This document shows positions 1-8,041 of a stretch of DNA of 64,000 bases, piece after piece (the stretch's first letter is position 1; each line of letters opens with the position of its first letter). The notes beneath the pieces are model-generated. The model ran no database searches. It was not told the DNA's origin and saw only the letters and a program-made list of their open reading frames with translations. This stretch comes from Pseudomonadota bacterium (lineage in GTDB: Bacteria > Pseudomonadota > Gammaproteobacteria > Steroidobacterales > SZUA-146): contig JBCCHD010000018.1 of assembly GCA_039028935.1 (NCBI GenBank), positions 7,222 to 71,221 on the forward strand. Direction: 5' to 3'. The translations under genes and the position numbers were made by a program.

Positions 1-155
1 ACCACCCCTCAGGAGTATCAGCACCTTCACAAGCGGATGAGCAGATCACTCGCAAAATCAACAAGGCATGCACTCTTCTGAACATACGCCTACTTGATCA
101 CATAGTCGTTGGTGCCGATGGCACCACAAGCTTCGCAAGCCGAGGCTTGCTGTAG
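1..155 (+). CDS. radC: RadC-like JAB/MPN domain protein, C-terminal fragment (5' end outside window)
   Basis: Frame starting at nt 3 translates [50 protein letters not shown]. This contains the HPSG...PSxxD JAB motif and the LLDHIxVG...SF tail typical of RadC. TAG at 153-155. It is absent from the ORF track because it has no in-window start. Confidence 0.75.
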   Translation, partial: HPSGVSAPSQADEQITRKINKACTLLNIRLLDHIVVGADGTTSFASRGLL

Positions 156-273
156 ACCAAACTGCCAGCATGTTATTCGCTGGCAGTTTTTATGCAGAAA
201 TCCATTAGGCTCTTGCCCCTTCTCCAGCGTGCAAATATTCTACCCCCTTTTTGCTGTAAGTTTTTACGAGAGA

Positions 274-1500
274 ATGACATATATGGATACTGTCATTTAT
301 TTTGCAGAGGAAAATTACCGAAAGCGCTCCACTGTCTTCGGAATCAAGGAAAATGATTTGCTTTCACACACGTATGTTGTTGGAAAGACTGGAACAGGTA
401 AGACAAATCTACTAGAGAGCCTACTAATTGGTCATATAAATAACGGCAACGGTTGCTGCCTCATTGATCCCCACGGAGACCTGGCTGAAAAGGTTAATCG
501 GTCAATAAAAGCATCGGACAACGTCGTCTACGTCAATCCATCAGATACAGATAGCCCATGGGGCTACAATCCACTCAAACGTACGCCGCCCCACTACATT
601 CCGCTCGTAGCATCCGGAATCATTGATGTTTTTAAGAAATCGTTTGACAACAAGAGTTGGGGAGCACGACTTGAACACATTCTCAGGAACAGCGTACTCA
701 CACTGCTCGAATCTGGTGGAGCGAAGCTTTCAGATATTCCAAGACTCTTAAACGATCGAGACTATCGACAGTCCATTCTCAAACGAGTAAGAAATCAGGA
801 TTTACTCGATTTCTGGCGTTTTGAGTACGACAAATACAGCTTCGTACAACGTCAGATTGCCATTGCACCGATCCTAAACAAACTCGGGGGCTACATCACA
901 AACCCTAGTGTACGTCGTGTTGTGATTGACCCGGCCAAAGAGCTCTCCTTTAGTGAGATCATGGACTCCCGGAAAATACTCATCATCAATCTCTCTCGCG
1001 GACTCATTGGTTCAGAAGCCGCCCACCTTCTCGGCTCGCTGTTTCTGACATCTATTAGCCTGGCCGCATACTTTAGAGCAAGACTCTCAGAGGACAGACG
1101 AATACCCTTTTTCATTCATGTCGATGAATTCCAGAACTTTACAACCGATTCAGTCGCCGACATGCTCTCTGAGTTACGAAAGTATAAGCTCGGACTGGTA
1201 TTAGCACATCAGTATATCGGCCAACTCACTCCAACCATTCGCGATTCGATAATAGGAAACGTTGGAACAATCATTGCATTTAGAATCGGAACTATCGACG
1301 CCAAGTTCCTATCAACTGAGTTTCATCCCAGATTTTGCGTCAACGACCTAATCAGTCTTCCAAACTATCGCATCTATCTGAAACTAATGATTGACGGTGT
1401 ACCGAGCAAACCATTCAGTGCAACGACCATCAAAGCATCTAAGCTAATTGCCGATACGCGCCCCAACCCCTTTGTGGTAGCGTCTCGGGAAGAGTCGTAA
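274..1500 (+). CDS. Soluble P-loop ATPase of the T4CP/TraD/HerA (TraG-D_C-like) type
   Basis: ORF 109..1500; the likely start is ATG 274 (MTYMDTV...) because the upstream 55 codons are Cys/Pro-rich junk. Walker A is VVGKTGTGKTNLL, followed by CCLIDPHGDL; Walker B is FFIHVDEFQNF; LVLAHQYIGQL is typical of coupling-protein C-terminal ATPase domains. There is no hydrophobic N-terminal segment. Confidence 0.7.
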   Translation: MTYMDTVIYFAEENYRKRSTVFGIKENDLLSHTYVVGKTGTGKTNLLESLLIGHINNGNGCCLIDPHGDLAEKVNRSIKASDNVVYVNPSDTDSPWGYNPLKRTPPHYIPLVASGIIDVFKKSFDNKSWGARLEHILRNSVLTLLESGGAKLSDIPRLLNDRDYRQSILKRVRNQDLLDFWRFEYDKYSFVQRQIAIAPILNKLGGYITNPSVRRVVIDPAKELSFSEIMDSRKILIINLSRGLIGSEAAHLLGSLFLTSISLAAYFRARLSEDRRIPFFIHVDEFQNFTTDSVADMLSELRKYKLGLVLAHQYIGQLTPTIRDSIIGNVGTIIAFRIGTIDAKFLSTEFHPRFCVNDLISLPNYRIYLKLMIDGVPSKPFSATTIKASKLIADTRPNPFVVASREES

Positions 1501-1590
1501 CAGAGAAGCATTTCATAAGAATCTGATTACACTCTCTAGCTAGCATTAAAGCTGGAAAAATAAATAAGAATTCCGCCAAGGAGACACGCC

Positions 1591-1959
1591 ATGAAATTAC
1601 TGCTGACCAGAGAGCAAGCGTCTAAGGGCCTCGTTTCAAAAAAAATCGAATTCAAACTCACAGCCCGAGCATCGCTCTCAGACGATGAGAAGTCGAAAAT
1701 TGATCGATACAAGATGGGGGATCTACTTCTCTACACAAACCTCGAAGATCGCGGCTCAGGAGCCTTAGGAGCCATTTCTAGGGCGATGAGCGGGGTTGAA
1801 CTTCGCGTCAACGACCTCGTCCATGGAAAATCCGTTACTTGCAAGGACATTCTCGAGATGATGGGGATCGAGAACCAAATACGAGGAGCCTGCGAACAGT
1901 TCAAGTTAATGCTCGATGCTGCGTCAGGGTTTGAAGGCGAAACCGTCATCGAATACTAG
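1591..1959 (+). CDS. Hypothetical protein (122 aa), no family recognised
   Basis: ATG is preceded by AAGGAGA (1579-1585). The stop TAG 1957-1959 overlaps the GTG start of the next gene. The sequence has no transmembrane segment or known motif. Confidence 0.55.
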   Translation: MKLLLTREQASKGLVSKKIEFKLTARASLSDDEKSKIDRYKMGDLLLYTNLEDRGSGALGAISRAMSGVELRVNDLVHGKSVTCKDILEMMGIENQIRGACEQFKLMLDAASGFEGETVIEY

Positions 1960-4721
1960 TGTCGTTCTGGACTGATCTTCTCGACGGCTATCGGTTTGGC
2001 CAGCGAGTAGTTGCACTACTTAGTCGCGTCTTTAAGTCCACTGCCTCGCTGTTTACGTCCAACCAACGAGAAAAGAAATTCGACTTTGCGGGCGAGACCC
2101 AGAAACTACACGAACTGTATGATGAGACCAAGCTCGCGTTTGAGAATTCATCGTTAGGACGGGTACAGCCACACCTGCTTGCAGTCGAGATCGTCTCTTC
2201 TGTCGCCGATGAAACGGGAGTCCCCGTAACGGAGGGATTTCTCAGCCCATTCTACGACGTAATATCAGAAGCCCTCAGATCCGAGGGCTTTTGGTTTCTG
2301 CCTGAACGCGAAGAATTCCTCTCTGACGACCCCGTATCACGAGCTGAGGCTCGCATTGACCTACGAAAAAGGAAGAACCTATACGAGAATTCTGACGAAA
2401 AACTAGAGTACCTTGTCGGACTCTTGCGGAAGGCACTGATAGGTTTAATCTCTGGTGTTCAATCAGATCTACTCAGTAATGGATACGATGAGGATCTTTC
2501 AATTGATATTACTGACCTCTACAAAGATCTTGGGACTCACCTAGAATATTTCATTCTCAATTTTTTCGACGACGAACTCTCCTCCGTTGGTGTATTCCAG
2601 CAATACATGAACGCCTTCCATGAGAATATCGCTAGAGCTTCGGGCATAGTCGACCACCAACCCAGAACACATACTAATGAATTTGTGTTTCCCTCCGACA
2701 GTCCATTCGTCGGCGAGCAACTGATAGATACTTATTTAAGAGGAACCGCCTTCCAACAGCTGTTTGAGGCACAACTCCCGGTACAGATTCCCAAGAGAGT
2801 TCGCAATGAACACACATGGATTGTTGCTGGTTCAGGTCACGGTAAAACGCAACTGCTCCAACAACTCATCTGTAAGGACATAGATAGCGGTACGGGTTTC
2901 ATGGTGATCGACAGCCAAGGCGACCTTATTCGAAACATCCTGACGCTTGCCGAATTTGGTCCTGACCACGAACGTAGTCTTGCTGAAAAGCTAATACTCG
3001 TTGATCCAAACGATATTGACTATCCAGTGGCACTCAACCTGTTTTCACTAAATAACTACGATGAATCAAACCTTACTGCCCATCAAAAAGAAACAGTATT
3101 CAACGCTACGGTTGAGATGTACTCATTCTTGTTTGGTTCGATCTTTGGAGCTGAGTTAACCGCGAGGCAGGACATCATATTCGTCTACATAGCAACGCTC
3201 ATGATGGAAATCCCAGACGCGAACATTTCGACGTTTATGAAGCTGTTACAAGACGGAAAAGAATTCTCCAAATACATGGAGCGGTTACCTGGAGCCGCCG
3301 GTGATTTCTTTAGAACTCAATACTTCTCTAGTCAATTCTCTTCAACCAAGAAACAAGTCCTTACGAGACTCTGGGCCATACGATCAAACACGACGCTTGA
3401 ACGCTTGTTCTCCGCCACCGAGAACAAAGTGGACCTCTTCGAGGCGATTACACAAGGGAAAATCGTTCTGATCAATACAGCGAAATCGCTGCTGAGAGAA
3501 GAAGGCTCAGCTATTCTAGGCAGGTTCTTTATCGCCCTTCTCTCTCAAGCTACTCTGTTGCGAGCAACACAGAATCCGTCAGATAGAGACCTATTCAATG
3601 TCTATATCGATGAGGTACAGGAATATGCCGATGATTCTTTGGAGGCGCTGACAACTCAAGCCAGAAAGTACAACGTTGGAGTAACGGTTGCTCATCAGTT
3701 CCTCTCTCAAATTCCTGATCGTATTCGCTCATCGCTCGCCACCAATACGTCCACAAAACTGATTGGATCACTATCGAATAGGGACAGTCGTGCGCTTGCT
3801 GATGAGTTACAGTGTAAGCCAGAGAAGATTCAAGTCCTCAATAAAACACGATCTCATTCAGAATTCTTGTTGCATGTTAGGCACCTAACAGACAGTGGAG
3901 TTCGAGTGAGCATACCTTTTGGCGTTTTAGAGTCTCGCACCACTATCTCACCAAGCAGGCTCGAAGAAACACTAGACATCAATCGAGCAAAAATCGCCAG
4001 AATCGCCAAGATTGAGCCGTCCATCGATCAATCTACTGATATCGCTGGAAGCCCCACACCAAATGAGAGCGAACTAAAACTTAACCCTCCGACAGCATTG
4101 TCAAACCTGCCAGCGGATCGTATTGTTGAGAGATCTGAAGAGACGCCCTCAACGAACATAGAGCCCCCTGAGACACGACCATATATCGAGAAAACTAAGA
4201 GCGGAAAAGGCGGCCCGCAACATAAGCATATTCAGGGCATTGTTCGCAAAATAGGTCAAGCACATGGCTTCCAGGCCGAAATTGAGCATCCGCTCCCAGA
4301 TGGCAAATCCGTCGACGTAGTACTAGACAATGAAACGCATAGAATCGCTATCGAGACTTCTGTCACGACAAGCGCGTCTCATGAAATTGGAAACATAATC
4401 AAATGCGTTAACGCTGGATTCGACAAGGTTGTCGTGATTTGCAAGAACGGAGCACAAAAAAGAAACCTGGCCTCCCTGATCAATGACGCGGACGAACTTA
4501 GAGAGGCGGGAAATATAGTGCCGCTATTGGCCTACCAATTCGAAACCTACATCTCCGGGCTCGTTCCCAATTCTCAAATTGATGCTGAGAGAATTGCTGG
4601 GTATAAAACACGAGTCAACTACGTATCAATATCAAACGAGGACGCAGAGCGCAAGAAAGTGGCTATCGCCAAGGCCCTTTTAGGGTTTAACGCGGCAAGT
4701 CACGTCAACACAGATAGTTAG
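1959..4721 (+). CDS. 920-aa multidomain protein: helical N-terminal region, T4CP/HerA-like ATPase paralogous to ORF 274..1500, low-complexity linker, C-terminal restriction-endonuclease-like (PD-(D/E)xK-type) domain
   Basis: Walker A WIVAGSGHGKTQLL, then FMVIDSQGDL; Walker B NVYIDEVQEY; VTVAHQFLSQI. These align motif by motif with ORF 274..1500. The Pro/Ser/Glu-rich linker covers about aa 680-745. The C-terminus reads GGPQHKHIQGIVRKIGQAHGFQAEIEHPLPDGKSVDVVLDNETHRIAIETSV...NIIKCV, a helix/strand pattern with conserved E, D and E residues. The GTG start overlaps the upstream stop. Confidence 0.7.
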   Translation: MSFWTDLLDGYRFGQRVVALLSRVFKSTASLFTSNQREKKFDFAGETQKLHELYDETKLAFENSSLGRVQPHLLAVEIVSSVADETGVPVTEGFLSPFYDVISEALRSEGFWFLPEREEFLSDDPVSRAEARIDLRKRKNLYENSDEKLEYLVGLLRKALIGLISGVQSDLLSNGYDEDLSIDITDLYKDLGTHLEYFILNFFDDELSSVGVFQQYMNAFHENIARASGIVDHQPRTHTNEFVFPSDSPFVGEQLIDTYLRGTAFQQLFEAQLPVQIPKRVRNEHTWIVAGSGHGKTQLLQQLICKDIDSGTGFMVIDSQGDLIRNILTLAEFGPDHERSLAEKLILVDPNDIDYPVALNLFSLNNYDESNLTAHQKETVFNATVEMYSFLFGSIFGAELTARQDIIFVYIATLMMEIPDANISTFMKLLQDGKEFSKYMERLPGAAGDFFRTQYFSSQFSSTKKQVLTRLWAIRSNTTLERLFSATENKVDLFEAITQGKIVLINTAKSLLREEGSAILGRFFIALLSQATLLRATQNPSDRDLFNVYIDEVQEYADDSLEALTTQARKYNVGVTVAHQFLSQIPDRIRSSLATNTSTKLIGSLSNRDSRALADELQCKPEKIQVLNKTRSHSEFLLHVRHLTDSGVRVSIPFGVLESRTTISPSRLEETLDINRAKIARIAKIEPSIDQSTDIAGSPTPNESELKLNPPTALSNLPADRIVERSEETPSTNIEPPETRPYIEKTKSGKGGPQHKHIQGIVRKIGQAHGFQAEIEHPLPDGKSVDVVLDNETHRIAIETSVTTSASHEIGNIIKCVNAGFDKVVVICKNGAQKRNLASLINDADELREAGNIVPLLAYQFETYISGLVPNSQIDAERIAGYKTRVNYVSISNEDAERKKVAIAKALLGFNAASHVNTDS

Positions 4722-4733
4722 AGGATATAGCTT

Positions 4734-5333
4734 ATGAGTGATCTGTCATTAACTGAGTTCGTGGACATTGCGACTGTAACCACGGACAGAAAGGTCGCAA
4801 AGATACGAAACGCAAAGAACAAGGAACCGTATAATCCGGCGTTTGATTTCTACAAAAGACTCCGTGATGGCATAGTTTCAGCGCACAAATCTAGCGATAA
4901 TAAAAGGGCGTTGAATAAAATTCTCACTAACCAGACCGACAAGAAAAAGATCACAAATTACCCGAATGTTATCGCAGGTTACAAGAAATTCTGGGGTTCC
5001 AAAAAGATCTCATGGATTGAACCTCCAAAAGAGCAAATGGTTTCCCACAATATTAGTGTATCCGTGAACCCTGAAATTGGAATCTCGTTCAATAATAAAA
5101 ATTACATCGTGAAGCTGTACTTCAAGAGGGAGAAACTTGCCAAAGCACGAGTAAACATGATCCTGCAATTAATGGAGGAAACTCTTAGGTCCTCGGTACC
5201 AGATGACTATGTTTTCTCAGTGCTCGATATTCGACGAGCCAAGCTGATCGAACCCACCGTTGAAATCAAAGATGCATCAATAGTGCTCGACGCAGAAATG
5301 TCCTTGATTGCTAGTGTTTGGGATAAAGTCTAG
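4734..5333 (+). CDS. Hypothetical protein (199 aa), Lys-rich, no family recognised
   Basis: ATG lies 13 nt after the stop of the 920-aa gene and is preceded by GAGGA (4722-4726). It is on the same strand and has the same AT-rich codon usage as its neighbours. Confidence 0.55.
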   Translation: MSDLSLTEFVDIATVTTDRKVAKIRNAKNKEPYNPAFDFYKRLRDGIVSAHKSSDNKRALNKILTNQTDKKKITNYPNVIAGYKKFWGSKKISWIEPPKEQMVSHNISVSVNPEIGISFNNKNYIVKLYFKREKLAKARVNMILQLMEETLRSSVPDDYVFSVLDIRRAKLIEPTVEIKDASIVLDAEMSLIASVWDKV

Positions 5334-5602
5334 ATAGTACGCAGGCGCGATCACTGGCCCAACTTGAAAGAATCGGTATCTGAGCTGAGAGTTAGTGCCA
5401 GAAAGGCAAAAAGCAGTCGTTAGGGCCAACGAGACTAGAATACTTACTCCGATCCAGTCTAAACAGTCGCAGCATTTTGAACATTTCGCATATATTAAAG
5501 TAAGCTTTACTCATATATGTGTCCCACATTGTGAGATTTAGAGTAATTAGTAGTTAGGCCGAAAAACGACCAAGAAAATCGTGTAGCTGATCGAGTAATT
5601 TA

Positions 5603-6388
5603 ATGGACATTCAGAAAATAGTAACCACGATACCAGCGCTAGCGGCTGAGTATTTCCACGATTTTGTCGCCATTTTGACGCGACCCGACACTCGATTTGC
5701 ACCTGTACCCGTCGCAGATTCAGATGAGGAATTGATTGTAGTAAGCAACACTTCTGAGATGACCCTAAAAAGCGATCCAAAGCTTTTTCTATTTGCTACC
5801 TTAAGCCTTTGTTTCAGTATCTCTATCTCTTCTGCTAGTCCATTTTATAATCTGGACGAAGCACCGACTTTGATAGTCAATGTAATCGTTGGGCTCGTTG
5901 CATGGCTTATTTACGGATCGTTTATTCATTTGTTTTCCAAGGTGCTCCACGGGAGAGGCACGTACCCCGAAACGATTTCTGTATGTGTACAGTTATTTGC
6001 TGCGATAAGTGTATTAGGCAGCATATTCGCATTGCTTCTTTCATCCGAACTAATCGGGGATTGGTTGTATGAATCTTTTACTTGGTATCCAATTCAATTG
6101 ACTGTTAATCCATTCTTAAGCTTCTTTTTGTTTCAGGCAATCGCGCTGGCAGTATACCTACCTATATCATTGAAACGGATTCACCGGTTTGGTGCACTTA
6201 AAGTAACGGCAGTAGCAATTCCGTCAATTGCGCTAGTGATAGGGCTCGCCTATGTTTTCTATTCGGGCTTCGGAGTGCATCCTACGATGGCTTCAGCGAC
6301 AGCTATTCGCCAATCTCAGTCAGCTTCAGCCCCCGAGCAAAGGAGGAAGTCAATATCCGCTTCGAGAAGCAGTTTCGACCACATATGA
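5603..6388 (+). CDS. Polytopic inner-membrane protein (possibly Yip1-like), island cargo
   Basis: A soluble N-terminus of ~70 aa is followed by about five hydrophobic segments (LFLFATLSLCF..., VIVGLVAWLIYGSFIHLF, LFAAISVLGSIFALLL, FLFQAIALAVYLPI, VAIPSIALVIGLAYVFY). The Yip1 assignment is by architecture only. Confidence 0.5.
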   Translation: MDIQKIVTTIPALAAEYFHDFVAILTRPDTRFAPVPVADSDEELIVVSNTSEMTLKSDPKLFLFATLSLCFSISISSASPFYNLDEAPTLIVNVIVGLVAWLIYGSFIHLFSKVLHGRGTYPETISVCVQLFAAISVLGSIFALLLSSELIGDWLYESFTWYPIQLTVNPFLSFFLFQAIALAVYLPISLKRIHRFGALKVTAVAIPSIALVIGLAYVFYSGFGVHPTMASATAIRQSQSASAPEQRRKSISASRSSFDHI

Positions 6389-6425
6389 CACTGTCTGACA
6401 GCTCAAGTCCAAGCAATAACACTGA

Positions 6426-7475
6426 CTACTGAGGCTCATTCACCACCTCTCTGCCAGGACAATATATCGATCGCTCGAAGAATTCTCCGCCTCCATTAAA
6501 TCGGTGAATCTCTAGACAACGATTCACGATGCTCCCATCATCGAATTCATACATTAGATCCGTGTTATGGCAACGTAAGCGGCCTGGATTCAGTACGTAC
6601 TCTTGTCCATCTACGCAATCGCCGACAGGTGCGTAGATCTCTATATCACCAACAGTTCTATCATCTGCGAGGCGTAGATACACCCACTGTGTGACGTAAG
6701 GCGAACGAGTCCCGTCTTCACTTGATGCATGTTCTGCTACCAAGAAATATCTGACAGCTCGCTGAGTGAGAACAATTGCACACTGCTCAGGATCAATCCT
6801 GTTTATCCCAGACCCATAGGTTGACTCGCCCAGACAATCACCTTGGGAGCCGTCGTTGATAATGACGCCATAACTTAGATCGGGATGCACAGCTATAGGG
6901 TCACCTTCAGCGTTTGCTGTGAAGTAGCCATCACATGGCATGGGATCATCAATGCCATTAATCCAACACCTGCTAGCAAACCGGTAGTGGTCACCAGCCT
7001 CAGAGGCAATCTGATCCATTAGGTCTTCAGCTGAGCCTGTGCGATCTGAATAGCCAAGCACTGACTTCAATGTATGAACATTGAGGCTAAACTCCGGAAC
7101 GTTTTCGATGAGTATTGAAACAACTGTGGAATCAATCGCTCCACGGGCATCAGTCACCGTTAGAGTGCAGGTAACACTGGTATCGCTCTCTACCTCAGGA
7201 GCTATAAAAGACGATATGGAGGTAGTTTGGCCGTCTAGCATCACGGAACTGTTATTACAGGTCCAGGAATATGCGATGGAGTCTCCATCAGGATCATTAG
7301 ACCCAGTCCCATCCAAGGAAACAACCGCTCCCTCTTGAGCCGTGTCAATCGCTACAACCTGTGCGTTCGGGGCTGAGTTGGCAGGTGGCGGAGGCGTTGA
7401 GCCTCCTCCTCCACCACAAGAGGAGATAAAAAAGACCAATGTCAGAATCAGTAAATACTGGGCAAATCGAGTCAT
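6426..7475 (-). CDS. Lipoprotein with PKD-like domain
   Basis: Signal peptide with lipobox LVFFISSC followed by GGGGGS. The segment AQEGAVVSLDGTGSNDPDGDSIAYSWTC matches the PKD-domain signature. The C-terminal half is Cys-rich. Confidence 0.7.
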   Translation of the reverse strand: MTRFAQYLLILTLVFFISSCGGGGGSTPPPPANSAPNAQVVAIDTAQEGAVVSLDGTGSNDPDGDSIAYSWTCNNSSVMLDGQTTSISSFIAPEVESDTSVTCTLTVTDARGAIDSTVVSILIENVPEFSLNVHTLKSVLGYSDRTGSAEDLMDQIASEAGDHYRFASRCWINGIDDPMPCDGYFTANAEGDPIAVHPDLSYGVIINDGSQGDCLGESTYGSGINRIDPEQCAIVLTQRAVRYFLVAEHASSEDGTRSPYVTQWVYLRLADDRTVGDIEIYAPVGDCVDGQEYVLNPGRLRCHNTDLMYEFDDGSIVNRCLEIHRFNGGGEFFERSIYCPGREVVNEPQ

Positions 7476-7633
7476 GGAAGCCTTCCGAGTGAGATCCTGC
7501 CCGAATCGGACAGATATGCTAACTATTTTTGATTAGTATAGCGATATCGGCGCTGTTGGTCTATTATTGCTATCTATATAATAATTTTGTTAGTAATACT
7601 GATCCTTTGAATAATATTAGTTTAGCTATACTT

Positions 7634-8023
7634 ATGGACATGAAAACCATAGGTAAACGCATTCAAAAGGCTCGCAAAGACAAGGAATTGCGACAGGCTG
7701 ACGTCGCCAATCACCTTTCAGTCTCCAAAGGCGCAGTGAGTCAGTGGGAACTTGATATGAACGAGCCTTCAACCGCCAATCTTGGCCTACTGGCCGTCTA
7801 CTTAGACGTATCGTTTGAGTGGCTCGCGACAGGTCGAGGGATTCAAAACATTAACGACCACATCATCAAGCTACAGGATGATTTCAAGCATCAAGGAAGG
7901 TCGCTGTTTCTTGATGAAGCGCAATTTGTATTTCTCAAAAACTATTTGGAGCTACCAGAAGATCTCCAAGAGAGCATCTCCCACATAACGAAAAAATTTG
8001 TTTCAAAGGATGCAGAAGATTAA
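7634..8023 (+). CDS. XRE-family helix-turn-helix transcriptional regulator
   Basis: From ATG 7634: MDMKTIGKRIQKARKDKELRQADVANHLSVSKGAVSQWELDMNEPSTANLGLLAVYLDVSFEWLATG, a canonical Cro/CI HTH. The 35 upstream codons in the track (from 7529) lie in AT-rich promoter-like DNA. Confidence 0.75.
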   Translation: MDMKTIGKRIQKARKDKELRQADVANHLSVSKGAVSQWELDMNEPSTANLGLLAVYLDVSFEWLATGRGIQNINDHIIKLQDDFKHQGRSLFLDEAQFVFLKNYLELPEDLQESISHITKKFVSKDAED

Positions 8024-8041
8024 ATAGTACAAGGACGTTGG

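Noticed and set aside
109-273. N-terminal 55 codons of track ORF 109..1500 ([20 protein letters not shown]...)
   Set aside because: This stretch overlaps the end of the RadC frame and its downstream spacer and is Cys/Pro-rich with no motif. The conserved ATPase sequence begins shortly after the internal ATG at 274.
7536-7633. Imperfect inverted repeat TAGTATAGC ... GCTATACTT flanking the XRE promoter region, a possible operator or island-internal site
   Set aside because: Only 8 of 9 bases match, the arms are ~80 bp apart, and the DNA is very AT-rich. This is compatible with chance.
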